DNA from: Lachnospiraceae bacterium
GTDB lineage: Bacteria > Bacillota > Clostridia > Lachnospirales > Lachnospiraceae
NCBI GenBank assembly: GCA_030523345.1
Contig: JAUNIR010000004.1
Coordinates: forward strand, 41 to 64,040
DNA: 64,000 bases
Direction of reading: 5' to 3'
This document shows, piece by piece, positions 20,650 to 30,361 of this stretch (position 1 is its first letter; each line of letters starts with the position of its first letter). Made by a program: the position numbers and the translations under genes. The notes beneath the pieces were generated by a model. That model ran no database searches. It was not told where the DNA came from and saw only the letters and a program-made list of their open reading frames with translations.

Positions 20650-21291
20650 ATGCCTAAAAGCGTTTACACTGGTGGAACCGGTGAAATAGAAGAAAAAAAA
20701 TCACGATTTATAGCGCACATAGAGCCCGTTACTACAGAAGAAGACGCTGTAGCTTTTATTAATGCAATTAAAAAACAATACTTTGATGCACGACACAACT
20801 GCTCTGCTTTTGTAATTGGTGACAATAGCGAACTAACTAGGTGTTCGGATGACGGTGAACCTTCCGGAACCGCTGGAAGACCAATGCTAGAAATTCTCCT
20901 AGGCGAAGGTATAACTAATGTATGCTGCGTTGTAACAAGATATTTTGGTGGTACACTTCTAGGAACTGGTGGTCTTGTAAGAGCATATCAAGGAGCTGTA
21001 AAAGAAGGATTAAATAACAGTGTTATTATTGAGAAAAAACCTGGAATTTTAGTTAATGTCACATGTGAATATACAGAGGTTGGCAAGCTTCAGTACAACT
21101 TCGCAAACAAAGGCATTAGAGTGCTTAGCTCAGATTATGGAACTAATGTAACATTTAAGCTTGTAATAGACCTGGATTCTTTAGAAATAGTAAAAAAAGA
21201 CCTTACCGAAATCACTTCCGGTAAGGCTATTATTGAAGTTCTCGACAAATGCATGTATGCAGATGTAAATTCAGAGATTTTAATTTATTAA
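20650..21291 (+). CDS. YigZ/IMPACT-family protein
   Basis: 213 aa with KSRFIAH, ARHNCSAF, DDGEPSGTAGRPML and RYFGGTLLGTGGLVRAY, which are typical UPF0029/YigZ motifs. It is one of only three plus-strand genes. Confidence 0.85.
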   Translation: MPKSVYTGGTGEIEEKKSRFIAHIEPVTTEEDAVAFINAIKKQYFDARHNCSAFVIGDNSELTRCSDDGEPSGTAGRPMLEILLGEGITNVCCVVTRYFGGTLLGTGGLVRAYQGAVKEGLNNSVIIEKKPGILVNVTCEYTEVGKLQYNFANKGIRVLSSDYGTNVTFKLVIDLDSLEIVKKDLTEITSGKAIIEVLDKCMYADVNSEILIY

Positions 21292-21311
21292 CACATAATG
21301 CAAATATTATA

Positions 21312-22334
21312 TCAATCCTTTGCCACAGGTAATATCATCACATACACTGCTTTATTTTCATCTTTTCTATCAGAAAAATCAGAGCTCATTCCTATAATCA
21401 ATTCTCTCGCATAGGAAAAATATTCGTTCCACTTATTTTCATCTCCGAAATTCATATTCTGTGCATTTTCTATGATGACATCAAACTCTGCATCCTTCGT
21501 AGTAATAAAATGAGATGTTACGCTTATCTTAAATCCATCATAAAACTGGCCATAGAGCCTTGCTATCATAAAAATGCAAAATCTTATATTCTGCGCAAGT
21601 GAACGTGACTGTCCCTCAAATATGCAGCTTTCAATTTGCCCTATTTCCATTGTTGGTGCTATACCTTTTATTTCTGCAAGGTCTCTTTTTATAGTGTCAA
21701 CAAATTTGTCGATATTGAACGTACCTGTTGTCTGCATCCTAAGTATAGATGTATAAACATCCGAAGCGAATGCTACTCTTTCATTTCTTTCAAGATTAAA
21801 ATTCTCATCATCCATTACAGACTTCACAAAGCAATCTGTTAATTCTGTAAGTTTGGTGTAACTATGCTGTTGTTTTTTTAACGTATTTTTAAGCGAATCT
21901 ATAGTGGCTTCTAAATCCTTTATCTCAGAATTTATTTTTTCTTCCCTAACATTTACTTGCTCGTTAATAATCGCAACCTCTATTGACTCCTTAACTTCTT
22001 CAACTATTGAGTCTATGTCCCATGGTGCCACATAAATCTTGTGCACATGATGTCTGTTAGAAAGCTTCGTTATCATAAGAGGATCAAGTACATCAACACA
22101 AACATTAATTATAACCTGTGGTGATATAGCCCTGATTCTATCAACAAGTTTTCTAAATCGCATGTCAGGAATATTTATATCAAGCAAAAGGAGAAGCACT
22201 TTCTCTCTTGCGATAATATTAAGTGCTTCTTCTCCTGTTTTCACTACTAGCATCTCTATTTCATGTTTTAGAAACTCTTCCTGAAATGAGGTCGCTATTT
22301 TTTCATTTGCCTGTAAATAGACTATCTTATTCAT
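21312..22334 (-). CDS. Atypical receiver-domain protein with coiled coil and uncharacterised C-terminal domain
   Basis: 340 aa. The N-terminal roughly 125 aa resemble a CheY-like receiver: the LLLLDINIPDM phospho-acceptor context is present, but the N-terminal acidic pair is replaced by LQANE. This is followed by a coiled coil and about 175 aa without recognisable motifs. Confidence 0.6.
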   Translation of the reverse strand: MNKIVYLQANEKIATSFQEEFLKHEIEMLVVKTGEEALNIIAREKVLLLLLDINIPDMRFRKLVDRIRAISPQVIINVCVDVLDPLMITKLSNRHHVHKIYVAPWDIDSIVEEVKESIEVAIINEQVNVREEKINSEIKDLEATIDSLKNTLKKQQHSYTKLTELTDCFVKSVMDDENFNLERNERVAFASDVYTSILRMQTTGTFNIDKFVDTIKRDLAEIKGIAPTMEIGQIESCIFEGQSRSLAQNIRFCIFMIARLYGQFYDGFKISVTSHFITTKDAEFDVIIENAQNMNFGDENKWNEYFSYARELIIGMSSDFSDRKDENKAVYVMILPVAKD

Positions 22335-22358
22335 ACATCAAAGCTAATACAAATATTC

Positions 22359-24449
22359 TTATTCGTGATCCTTTGTTAATTCTATCATAATCTTATTAGA
22401 TCTTGCCACGAACTTTGTCATTTCTTCTGGTGTTAATGGTTTATTTGCAATTAAAGCTAAATCATATAACTGCTCCGCAAAAAGCTTTGCATTATCAGAA
22501 TCCTGATGCTCTGAAATATATTTAACGAGCTCGTTCTGAGAATTTAGAACAAGAGTAATTCCCTCGTCTGAACCAAACAATCCCATGTCCATTCCTGGCA
22601 TAGAATACATCTTCATCATATCCTGCATACGACGACTTTCCTCTGATACAGTAATCATTGATGATGTATCCTTATTTTTAAGCTTTTCAACCTTCACTGT
22701 GAGCTTATCTTTCTTAAGAGCCTTTCTGAAAAGCTTCTCAAGATCAGCCTGGAGTTCCTCCATAGCTTTAAGATCTTTCTTAGCAACTCTTGATTTAAAT
22801 ACTTCTGTTAAATCCGCATCAATTCTTGCAAATCTAATATCTTCATTCTTTGATTCAAGCTGCTGGACAAATGGCTGGTCAATGTTATGTGTTAAAATCA
22901 CAGCATCCATTTTCTGTTTTTTAAACATATTAATATACTGGCTCTGCTGCACTTCATCTGTTACATAATAAATAATCTTTCTAGGTTCCTTCTCACCATC
23001 TTCGTTTCCAGTAACTGCATTGCCATTTTCATCAACAACTTCTGCGTCAACCTTATTTCCTTCTTCGTCTGTAGCGTTCTCTTCAACGTCTGTAGGCTTA
23101 ATTTCAAGACATTCAGGAAGTGTAAGATATTTTCCATCAAGATTCTTAAAGAGAATGTAATCTGTCATCTTCTCGCAGAATTTGTCGTCCTTAAGGCATC
23201 CAAATTTTATGAATGGTGCGATATCATCCCAATATTTTTCGTATTCTTCTTTTTCTGTCTTGCACATACCAGCAAGCTTATCTGCCACCTTCTTAGAAAT
23301 ATAATCAGAAATTTTCTTAACAAATCCATCATTCTGAAGAGCCGAACGTGACACATTAAGTGGTAAATCAGGGCAGTCAATAACACCCTTAAGAAGCATA
23401 AGGAATTCTGGAATTACCTCCTTAATATTATCCGCAACAAATACCTGGTTATTATAAAGCTTCATTGTTCCCTCTATTGATTCATATTCCATATTAATCT
23501 TAGGGAAATATAAAATACCCTTTAAGTTAAATGGATAATCCATATTTAAATGGATCCAGAACAATGGCTCTTTATAATCCATAAATACACTTCTATAAAA
23601 CTCAAGATATTCATCCTTAGTTACATCGTTAGGATGCTTACACCAAAGTGGGTTTGTATCATTTAACGCAACTGGGCGCTTTACGATTTTAAGCTTGTCT
23701 TTAGCCGGTGTAATTTCTTTACCTTCATTGTCAAACTTAGCATCTTCATGTATTTCTTCAACAACTACGTCTTTGTCTGTCTTATCTTCTACATCGATTG
23801 TCTCATATTCTGTCTCCTTACCATCTTTTTCGAGATAGATGTTAGTAGGCATAAATGAGCAGTACTTCTTAATAACTTCTCGCATACGATACTCATTAGC
23901 AAACTCTACAGTATCTTCATTAAGGAAAAGTGTAATCTCTGTACCAACAGAATCTTTATCTCCATCTTCTAAAGTGTATTCTGTTCCACCATCGCACTCC
24001 CAATGAACGGCTTTTGCGCCTTTCTTATATGATAAAGAATCAATATGTACTTCATCTGCAACCATAAAAGCAGAATAGAATCCAAGTCCAAAATGTCCAA
24101 TAATCTGGTCATCATTTGTCTTATCCTTATACTTCTCAAGGAAGTCTGTAGCTCCAGAAAATGCAATCTGAGTAATATATTCTTCAATCTCATCAGCATC
24201 CATTCCAAGTCCTGTGTCAATGAACTTGATTGTCTTTTTCTCTGGGCTCACAACTACTCTAATTTTATTTTCAAAGTCATCTGGGTAATCATACTCACCC
24301 ATCATATCCAACTTTTTAAGCTTTGTAACAGCATCGCAGCCATTAGATATAAGCTCTCTTACAAATATGTCGTGGTCGGAATACAACCACTTCTTAATTA
24401 CTGGAAAAATATTTTCAGAATTAATTGATAAGCTTCCTTTTTTTGCCAT
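22359..24449 (-). CDS. htpG: Molecular chaperone HtpG (Hsp90)
   Basis: 696 aa from the ATG preceded by GGAGGT (MAKKGSL...). GHKL N-domain motifs are ELISNGCDA, DTGLGM and IGHFGLGFYSAF. The middle and C-terminal domains are Hsp90-like. Confidence 0.93.
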   Translation of the reverse strand: MAKKGSLSINSENIFPVIKKWLYSDHDIFVRELISNGCDAVTKLKKLDMMGEYDYPDDFENKIRVVVSPEKKTIKFIDTGLGMDADEIEEYITQIAFSGATDFLEKYKDKTNDDQIIGHFGLGFYSAFMVADEVHIDSLSYKKGAKAVHWECDGGTEYTLEDGDKDSVGTEITLFLNEDTVEFANEYRMREVIKKYCSFMPTNIYLEKDGKETEYETIDVEDKTDKDVVVEEIHEDAKFDNEGKEITPAKDKLKIVKRPVALNDTNPLWCKHPNDVTKDEYLEFYRSVFMDYKEPLFWIHLNMDYPFNLKGILYFPKINMEYESIEGTMKLYNNQVFVADNIKEVIPEFLMLLKGVIDCPDLPLNVSRSALQNDGFVKKISDYISKKVADKLAGMCKTEKEEYEKYWDDIAPFIKFGCLKDDKFCEKMTDYILFKNLDGKYLTLPECLEIKPTDVEENATDEEGNKVDAEVVDENGNAVTGNEDGEKEPRKIIYYVTDEVQQSQYINMFKKQKMDAVILTHNIDQPFVQQLESKNEDIRFARIDADLTEVFKSRVAKKDLKAMEELQADLEKLFRKALKKDKLTVKVEKLKNKDTSSMITVSEESRRMQDMMKMYSMPGMDMGLFGSDEGITLVLNSQNELVKYISEHQDSDNAKLFAEQLYDLALIANKPLTPEEMTKFVARSNKIMIELTKDHE

Positions 24450-24526
24450 AATTATTACCTCCACATATCAAATGCCGCTTCTTTATTTGCGACTGATTTT
24501 CAAAATCAATAATCATTACTATCACA

Positions 24527-24555
24527 ATTGTAAATCGTGATAAAAGTAAAGTCAA
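24527..24555 (-). promoter_or_regulatory. Putative sigma-A promoter for htpG
   Basis: The minus strand reads TTGACT (24555-24550), a 17-nt spacer, then TACAAT (24532-24527). A short inverted repeat, ATCAC-N11-GTGAT (24521-24541), overlaps the -10. Confidence 0.4.
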
Positions 24556-24562
24556 TAAAAAA

Positions 24563-24589
24563 TTAGCACTCATATTATATGAGTGCTAA
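24563..24589. promoter_or_regulatory. CIRCE element (HrcA operator) upstream of htpG
   Basis: TTAGCACTC-ATATTATAT-GAGTGCTAA is a perfect match to the CIRCE consensus TTAGCACTC-N9-GAGTGCTAA. Confidence 0.85.
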
Positions 24590-24648
24590 CAATAATCATT
24601 CTCTTATATTTAGCTTAATATCTGCTAACTATTGCAATACATCAAAGC

Positions 24649-25098
24649 TTATTCTGCATCTGAATCGTCTTCAGGAGCATCCAATTCGTCTTCGAATTCT
24701 CCCTCGATTGATTCATCCTTAAACTCTTCAAACTCGAAATCTTCAGCCTTGTCCTTAGCATCCTCAGCTACAACACCAACTCCGTCCTTAACTTCAGCTG
24801 CTTTTTCCTTAATCATCTCTGCTGCTTCAGAAACAGTCTTCACTAACGCGTCTTTTGCTGTTACTGCATTTTCCTTAAGAGTAACATACTCACGACTATT
24901 CATAATAGCCTCTCTCTTCTCTCTAAAGAAATCTGTAACAGAATCCTGAGCTGTTGTACCAGTTCCAGAAACACCCTCACCTGTTTCATCAACATTCTTA
25001 GCTGACTCAATCTGTGATTTATTCAAATAGTAAAAAACGCCTGCACCTGTAGCTGCTGCCACTGCTGTAACTGTTAATAATTTACTTAATTTACCCAT
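24649..25098 (-). CDS. Hypothetical protein, YtxH-like (N-terminal TM helix, acidic C-terminus)
   Basis: 149 aa. The N-terminal hydrophobic helix is LLTVTAVAAATGAGVFYY. It is followed by a charged helical region and a very acidic tail (EFEEFKDESIEGEFEDELDAPEDDSDAE). The family assignment is tentative. Confidence 0.5.
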   Translation of the reverse strand: MGKLSKLLTVTAVAAATGAGVFYYLNKSQIESAKNVDETGEGVSGTGTTAQDSVTDFFREKREAIMNSREYVTLKENAVTAKDALVKTVSEAAEMIKEKAAEVKDGVGVVAEDAKDKAEDFEFEEFKDESIEGEFEDELDAPEDDSDAE

Positions 25099-25281
25099 TT
25101 CTACCTCCTAGCCAGGTCTTAAAATCCTGATAAGTACTCAATACATCTCGCAGAGTTATATACATTTTAATTATTTTTAGAGTAAAAAGCAATACGTCTA
25201 ACAATAACTAAGTACATAGTAATAATATTTTATATGTGTCATTATAAAAAAAATTGCATACCTGTGACAACCTTAACTAGT

Positions 25282-25318
25282 AAAAAAGAAATATGCCCGC
25301 AAGTAACTTACGGGCATA
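25282..25318 (-). terminator. Rho-independent terminator after the orphan LacI-family gene
   Basis: Minus-strand hairpin TATGCCCG-TAAGTTACTTG-CGGGCATA followed by TTTCTTTTTT, about 65 nt downstream of the stop at 25385. Confidence 0.7.
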
Positions 25319-25384
25319 CCTCACAATACAATACTTTTCCAATATTTAAATGAAGATAATCTTTATCATTAAATCTATAACATT

Positions 25385-26395
25385 TTAAGCATTTGCTACT
25401 GAGCTTCCTTCAAATACTGAGCCTGGAACAACTACCATTTCTATTAATGTAGTCTCAGGCTTCTCAATCTGACTTATAAGCTTATTTGCCGCTTCTTCAC
25501 CTATTTTCTTTGTATCCTGAATAATTGTAGTTATCTGAGGCTTAAAGCACTTTGCAAGAGCAAGACCATCATATCCTGCTACAGAGATGTCCTCTGGAAT
25601 CTTAAGTCCCATTTCATAAATAGCATTGATTCCTCCAAATGCTGAAAAATCATCTGGATATAAAATACATGTAGGAGGGGTTTTAAGTCCCAAAAGTGTT
25701 TTTGTCTCCTTATATGCTCCTTCAACATTTCTAAAAGTTGATGCCTTTATATAATCCTTTGGAACAGATATTCCAAGTTCTTCACAAGTCTTTCTAAATG
25801 ATGTAAGGCGGCCTCTTGTAACCATTGTTCCTTCACCATGAATGTAAGCAATTTTTCTATGTCCTTTTGAGTAGACATATTTAACTAAATCGCTCATTCC
25901 TGTATTATTATCTGAAATAACATTTATCTTTTCATTGAAAACGTAGTCAATTGTTACAACAGGTATATCGCTCTTCATAAGCTCTATAACTTCTGGATCG
26001 TCATAGTTTACACAGGCAATAACAATACCGTCAAATCCTCTTGATCTAGCCTGCTCTAAGTACGTATATCTAGAAGCACTTTCCTTACAGCAGTTAATAA
26101 ATGTCATATTGTAACCGCTAAGTTCTGCAGTATTCTTGAAGCTATCTAAAACATGATTAAAATAGTCATGAGTGAGTCCACTATGACCTTCATCTACAAA
26201 TAAAACTCCAAGGTTATGAGTTTTATTTGTCTTAAGTTCCTTTGCTGCAGCATTAGGGGCATATCCCATTTCTTTGGCAAGTTTTCTAATCTCTTCTTTT
26301 GTCTTAGCTCCAATATCCTTCTGATTATTAAGGGCTTTAGATACTGTAGCTACTGAAACGCCATAACGCTCTGCTATGTCCCTGATTGTTACCAT
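25385..26395 (-). CDS. LacI-family transcriptional regulator
   Basis: 336 aa from the internal ATG (MVTIRDIAERYGVSVATVSKALNN = LacI HTH). The longer ORF start at 26506 would run through the promoter and operator. The C-terminal part is a periplasmic-binding-protein-like sugar domain. Confidence 0.88.
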   Translation of the reverse strand: MVTIRDIAERYGVSVATVSKALNNQKDIGAKTKEEIRKLAKEMGYAPNAAAKELKTNKTHNLGVLFVDEGHSGLTHDYFNHVLDSFKNTAELSGYNMTFINCCKESASRYTYLEQARSRGFDGIVIACVNYDDPEVIELMKSDIPVVTIDYVFNEKINVISDNNTGMSDLVKYVYSKGHRKIAYIHGEGTMVTRGRLTSFRKTCEELGISVPKDYIKASTFRNVEGAYKETKTLLGLKTPPTCILYPDDFSAFGGINAIYEMGLKIPEDISVAGYDGLALAKCFKPQITTIIQDTKKIGEEAANKLISQIEKPETTLIEMVVVPGSVFEGSSVANA

Positions 26396-26440
26396 TCCCA
26401 AAACGGTTTCTCCAAATAAAAATAAACTATAAAAACAAAA

Positions 26441-26475
26441 AATACGAAAACGTTTAACGTAAACGTTTTCGTATT
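26441..26475. promoter_or_regulatory. 35-bp perfect palindrome containing two AAACGTTT cores (LacI/cre-type operator)
   Basis: AATACGAAAACGTTTA-ACG-TAAACGTTTTCGTATT. It lies immediately downstream of the predicted -10 and 46 nt upstream of the LacI start codon. Confidence 0.6.
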
Positions 26476-26476
26476 G

Positions 26477-26506
26477 ACTATACCATAAAAAGTTGTACAT
26501 TTTCAA
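26477..26506 (-). promoter_or_regulatory. Putative sigma-A promoter of the LacI-family gene
   Basis: The minus strand reads TTGAAA (26506-26501), an 18-nt spacer, then TATAGT (26482-26477). Confidence 0.45.
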
Positions 26507-26624
26507 CTAATAACTTCAATTTCTAATCGAAAAGGTGTGCAAATTATATTATTAAAAATTGTGCATTTTTTATAAATTATTGCTATTTACGAAATTTAAG
26601 TACTATTAGCTTACCACCTTTGTG

Positions 26625-27698
26625 TTAAGAAAAATACTTATCATATACTTCAAAAAAGTCCGTAGTTGTCACTCCGTTTTCTCTGACATATGTTATAGAC
26701 TTCCACAAATCCATATTAATGCTTGATGTAAGGGAAGAAATGTAACTATCATAATTACCCGTAAAGGTTTCCTGCTTTCGGCCTTTTACTATAACCTCTT
26801 TATTTAAATCCGTCTGCTCTTCGTCAAAATTTGTAATACACTTAATAATATGGTAACCATATTCTGTAGCTATCACCCCACTAACTTCTCCCTCTGACAT
26901 ATTAAATGCCACATCCTCTAGCTCCTTTGGCATGATGCCTCTAGAAAAGCTATACGATGCTTTTTCATCCTCATTATAATCTGCCTGAAGAATTTCAAAC
27001 TCCTCACCCGATTTGATTTTAGCATCTATTTCATATGCTCTTTTTAAAGCATCATCTTTCATCTCCGGACTAAAGTCTATTCTGTTACCAGCTGAGTCGA
27101 TTGAATACGTCTTTATAAGAATTGATCGCACTGTAACCGTTCTTGCCTCATCATCACTAATTTCAGGATTGACTTCTTCAGTCACTGTCGCATATAGCTT
27201 ATTTGCAATAGCAAATTCCGAATACATTTTTTTAATAGTGTCTTCATCCACTGAAAGCAGATTCTTTTCTTCATTAGATAGAGAGGAATAGTACTCATTT
27301 GCCGCACCTTCTACTCGCTCAATCTCCTTATCATCAAGTGTTATTCCCTTATCCCTTGCAAATAAATTCATCGCTTTAATCTGTGCCAGACGAGCTAATA
27401 CAGCCTCTTTATACTGGTCCTCAACTGTTCCTTCTTTATAAGGAACCTTCCATATATTCTCTCCGAATACTTCGTCATACACATTTTCTGTATTAACAAG
27501 GTAAACCATGATTTCAGATTTGGTACATGTAATATCTTCTATTTTAAAGACTACATCTTCATCAAATCCAACAGTAAATACAATTTTTGTGTCGCCCTTT
27601 TTACAGCCTGCCAGCACAAAAACTTCCAGTAACAAAATTACTGGAAGCCATAAAAATTTTTTAAATTTATTTTTTGTACTAACACTTAAATTAATCAT
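26625..27698 (-). CDS. PrsA/SurA-like lipoprotein peptidyl-prolyl isomerase (parvulin type)
   Basis: 357 aa. The signal peptide has the lipobox VLAGC. The parvulin domain includes RSILIK..., FSRGIMPKELE and TEYGYHIIKC. Confidence 0.8.
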   Translation of the reverse strand: MINLSVSTKNKFKKFLWLPVILLLEVFVLAGCKKGDTKIVFTVGFDEDVVFKIEDITCTKSEIMVYLVNTENVYDEVFGENIWKVPYKEGTVEDQYKEAVLARLAQIKAMNLFARDKGITLDDKEIERVEGAANEYYSSLSNEEKNLLSVDEDTIKKMYSEFAIANKLYATVTEEVNPEISDDEARTVTVRSILIKTYSIDSAGNRIDFSPEMKDDALKRAYEIDAKIKSGEEFEILQADYNEDEKASYSFSRGIMPKELEDVAFNMSEGEVSGVIATEYGYHIIKCITNFDEEQTDLNKEVIVKGRKQETFTGNYDSYISSLTSSINMDLWKSITYVRENGVTTTDFFEVYDKYFS

Positions 27699-27736
27699 AT
27701 TATGTTTAAATATAACTGGTTTTCTTAGTATCCTCT

Positions 27737-28585
27737 TTATTTTGCGGCTGCTCTCTTCTCAAGAATTTCTGCTTTTAAGTCAATGGCGTTGTTCTTAATT
27801 CGTGTACTTGCATTTCTTGACTGAAGAACACCCATTATATATTTAGCCGCATCGTCTAACCTATTGAGCTTTAGAGATAATACCGCCAAAAGATAATCAA
27901 GTGTAACTGAATCCATACCAGCAATAGGAGTTGGTTCCGTAGCTCTTGCAGACACAAAACCTTCTAATGCATTATGGATAAGTTCCTCTTCATCAGCAGT
28001 AAGCTCCTCAATTTTTTCATCATAATCTTCTGAGGCTTTATCATAATTCTCAATGTAACCCCTTACAGTCCATGCCATCTTAAGACATGTATATGCTTTC
28101 TCAGAATCCTTGCTCTTCTTAACAATACAGTTAGCAAGCGTAAGCTTGTAGCGTTCCAGTGCTTCTTCGTATGATACAATTGTTGATCTTGAGAATTTTC
28201 TGAAATTTTTAGATATACTTTCTTTGACTAGCTTAGCTTGTGGTGCCGCAATTGCACCATAATACTTGTCAAGGGTTGAATATCCACAATACGGACACGA
28301 TGTAACATCGTATTTTCCTGGATCTATACCTGCATAAATTGGTCTTAAATCCTTGTCCTGTCTTACTAATCTAGCCTTTCCCGTTTTTACTTTGCTCTCT
28401 TTAAACTGTTTATAACAAACTGGGCACTCATAAGACTTTTCAAAAATAAAATCTTTCTCATCAACCGGCTTCTTTGCTACTACTGGCTTAGGATCTTCTT
28501 TTATAGGCTTTTCTTCTTTAGCATAAAGATCTGCCCCTTCAAATTTTCCTAACCCCATACTTGATAAACCAGATAAAATTCCCAT
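27737..28585 (-). CDS. DUF2225-type zinc-ribbon plus helical-repeat protein
   Basis: 282 aa. Two CxxC pairs are present (CPVCYKQF ... CPYCGYS), followed by a helical TPR-like C-terminal half, as in DUF2225 proteins. Confidence 0.65.
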   Translation of the reverse strand: MGILSGLSSMGLGKFEGADLYAKEEKPIKEDPKPVVAKKPVDEKDFIFEKSYECPVCYKQFKESKVKTGKARLVRQDKDLRPIYAGIDPGKYDVTSCPYCGYSTLDKYYGAIAAPQAKLVKESISKNFRKFSRSTIVSYEEALERYKLTLANCIVKKSKDSEKAYTCLKMAWTVRGYIENYDKASEDYDEKIEELTADEEELIHNALEGFVSARATEPTPIAGMDSVTLDYLLAVLSLKLNRLDDAAKYIMGVLQSRNASTRIKNNAIDLKAEILEKRAAAK

Positions 28586-28620
28586 TTCCTTCTCCTGCTT
28601 TGTGCTCGTTAACTGTCTCT

Positions 28621-30315
28621 TTATTTGTTTAACTTGAATGAACTCTTAAGTGAGACAATTCTGTTAAATACAAGTTCGCCTTCCTTAGAATCTTTATAAT
28701 CTACATTGAAAAATCCCTGTCTTACAAACTGGAAGCTATCGAATGCCTTCGCATCTGCAAGCGATGGTTCTAACTTACAATCCTTAAGAATAGTAAGTGA
28801 ATTAGGGTTTAGATTAAGCGAGCCATCCTCGTTATAAACACCCTTTTCTTCATCAATAAGGTTCTCATAAAGTCTGACAGTTGCGTTAATCGCATGTCTT
28901 GCAGAAACCCAATGAATTGTTCCTTTAACCTTTCTAGTATCACAGTTACCATTTTTTGTTTCAGGATCATAAGTACAATGTATAAGGGTAATATTTCCAT
29001 TATCATCCTTCTCGATACTTGTACATGTTAAGAAATACGCATTCATGAAACGTACTTCGTTACCTGGATAGAGTCTGAAATACTTCTTAGGTGGTTCCTC
29101 CATAAAGTCTTCCCTGTCAATGTATAAGTCTCTACAGAATGGGACTTTACGACTTCCAAGTGACTCATTTTCAAGGTTATTTGGAACATCAAACCACTCT
29201 ACCTGGTCCTCTGGATAGTTATCAACAACTACCTTAATTGGATCAATACAAGCCATAACTCTTGGCTTTTTAAGCTTCAAATCTTCTCGTATACAGTATT
29301 CAAGCATTGGATAATCTACGGAAGAATTTGCCTTAGACACACCACAAAGTTCTACAAACATCTTAATTGACTCAGGTGTAAAACCTCTTCTTCTCAAAGC
29401 TGCAATACTTACAAGTCTTGGATCATCCCATCCATCAACAATCTTATCCTCTACAAGCTTTTTAATATAACGCTTTCCCGTAACAACATTTGTAAGATAA
29501 AGCTTAGCAAACTCAATCTGTTTTGGTGGGTGCTCAAATCCGACATTTTCTACAACCCAGTCATATAATGGTCTATGATCCTCAAATTCCAATGTACATA
29601 TTGAATGAGTAATTCCTTCAAAAGCATCCTCTAATGGATGTGCAAAATCGTACATAGGATATACGCACCATTTATCACCTGTATTATGATGAGTCATATG
29701 AGCAACACGATATATTACAGGGTCTCTCATATTGATGTTAGGTGATGCCATGTCGATTTTTGCACGAAGAACTTTCTCACCATCTGAATACTTTCCATCT
29801 CTCATCTCTGCAAAAAGCTGAAGGTTTTCTTCAACTGAACGATTTCTGTATGGGCTTTCCTTACCAGGAACTTCAAATGTTCCTCTGTATTCCCTTATTT
29901 CATCAGCGCTTAAATCACATACAAATGCTTTGCCATCCTTTATAAGCTTAACCGCTGATTCGTAGATCTTGTCAAAATAGTTAGATGCAAAATAAAGTCT
30001 GTCTTCAAAGTCAGCACCAAGCCATTCCACATCTGCTTTGATTGAATCAACAAATTCGATCTTTTCTTTTGTTGGATTTGTATCATCAAATCTTAGATTA
30101 AATTTACCACCATACTGTTTTGCAAGACCATAATTTAAAAGAATTGATTTTGCGTGACCAATGTGAAGATATCCATTTGGCTCTGGTGGAAATCTTGTAC
30201 AAATTTCTTCGTACTTACCCTCCTCTAAATCCTTATCAATAATCATTTCGATGAAGTTTCTAGAGATCACTTCCTTTTCTTCACCATTCTCTGCATTTAA
30301 TATTTCTTCTGCCAT
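28621..30315 (-). CDS. glnS: Glutamine--tRNA ligase
   Basis: 564 aa. It has the class I HIGH motif ([14 protein letters not shown]), LRFDDTNP, a GlnRS-type catalytic core and a C-terminal anticodon-binding beta-barrel region. Confidence 0.92.
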   Translation of the reverse strand: MAEEILNAENGEEKEVISRNFIEMIIDKDLEEGKYEEICTRFPPEPNGYLHIGHAKSILLNYGLAKQYGGKFNLRFDDTNPTKEKIEFVDSIKADVEWLGADFEDRLYFASNYFDKIYESAVKLIKDGKAFVCDLSADEIREYRGTFEVPGKESPYRNRSVEENLQLFAEMRDGKYSDGEKVLRAKIDMASPNINMRDPVIYRVAHMTHHNTGDKWCVYPMYDFAHPLEDAFEGITHSICTLEFEDHRPLYDWVVENVGFEHPPKQIEFAKLYLTNVVTGKRYIKKLVEDKIVDGWDDPRLVSIAALRRRGFTPESIKMFVELCGVSKANSSVDYPMLEYCIREDLKLKKPRVMACIDPIKVVVDNYPEDQVEWFDVPNNLENESLGSRKVPFCRDLYIDREDFMEEPPKKYFRLYPGNEVRFMNAYFLTCTSIEKDDNGNITLIHCTYDPETKNGNCDTRKVKGTIHWVSARHAINATVRLYENLIDEEKGVYNEDGSLNLNPNSLTILKDCKLEPSLADAKAFDSFQFVRQGFFNVDYKDSKEGELVFNRIVSLKSSFKLNK

Positions 30316-30361
30316 TTATTTAACCTTTCTCCCAAACTGTCTCATCTCTCAGTTCTGGGCA

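Noticed and set aside
24521-24562. CtsR-like repeat or another operator near the htpG promoter (AGTAAAGTCAATA; ATCAC-N11-GTGAT).
   Set aside because: AGTAAA-GTCAATA does not fit the (A/G)GTCAAA-NAN-(A/G)GTCAAA CtsR consensus. The 5-bp inverted repeat is too short to be significant in AT-rich DNA.
24632-24949. 105-aa Ser-rich plus-strand ORF.
   Set aside because: It is antisense to the YtxH-like gene. It is a low-complexity translation of the complement of an acidic, Glu/Asp-rich coding region.
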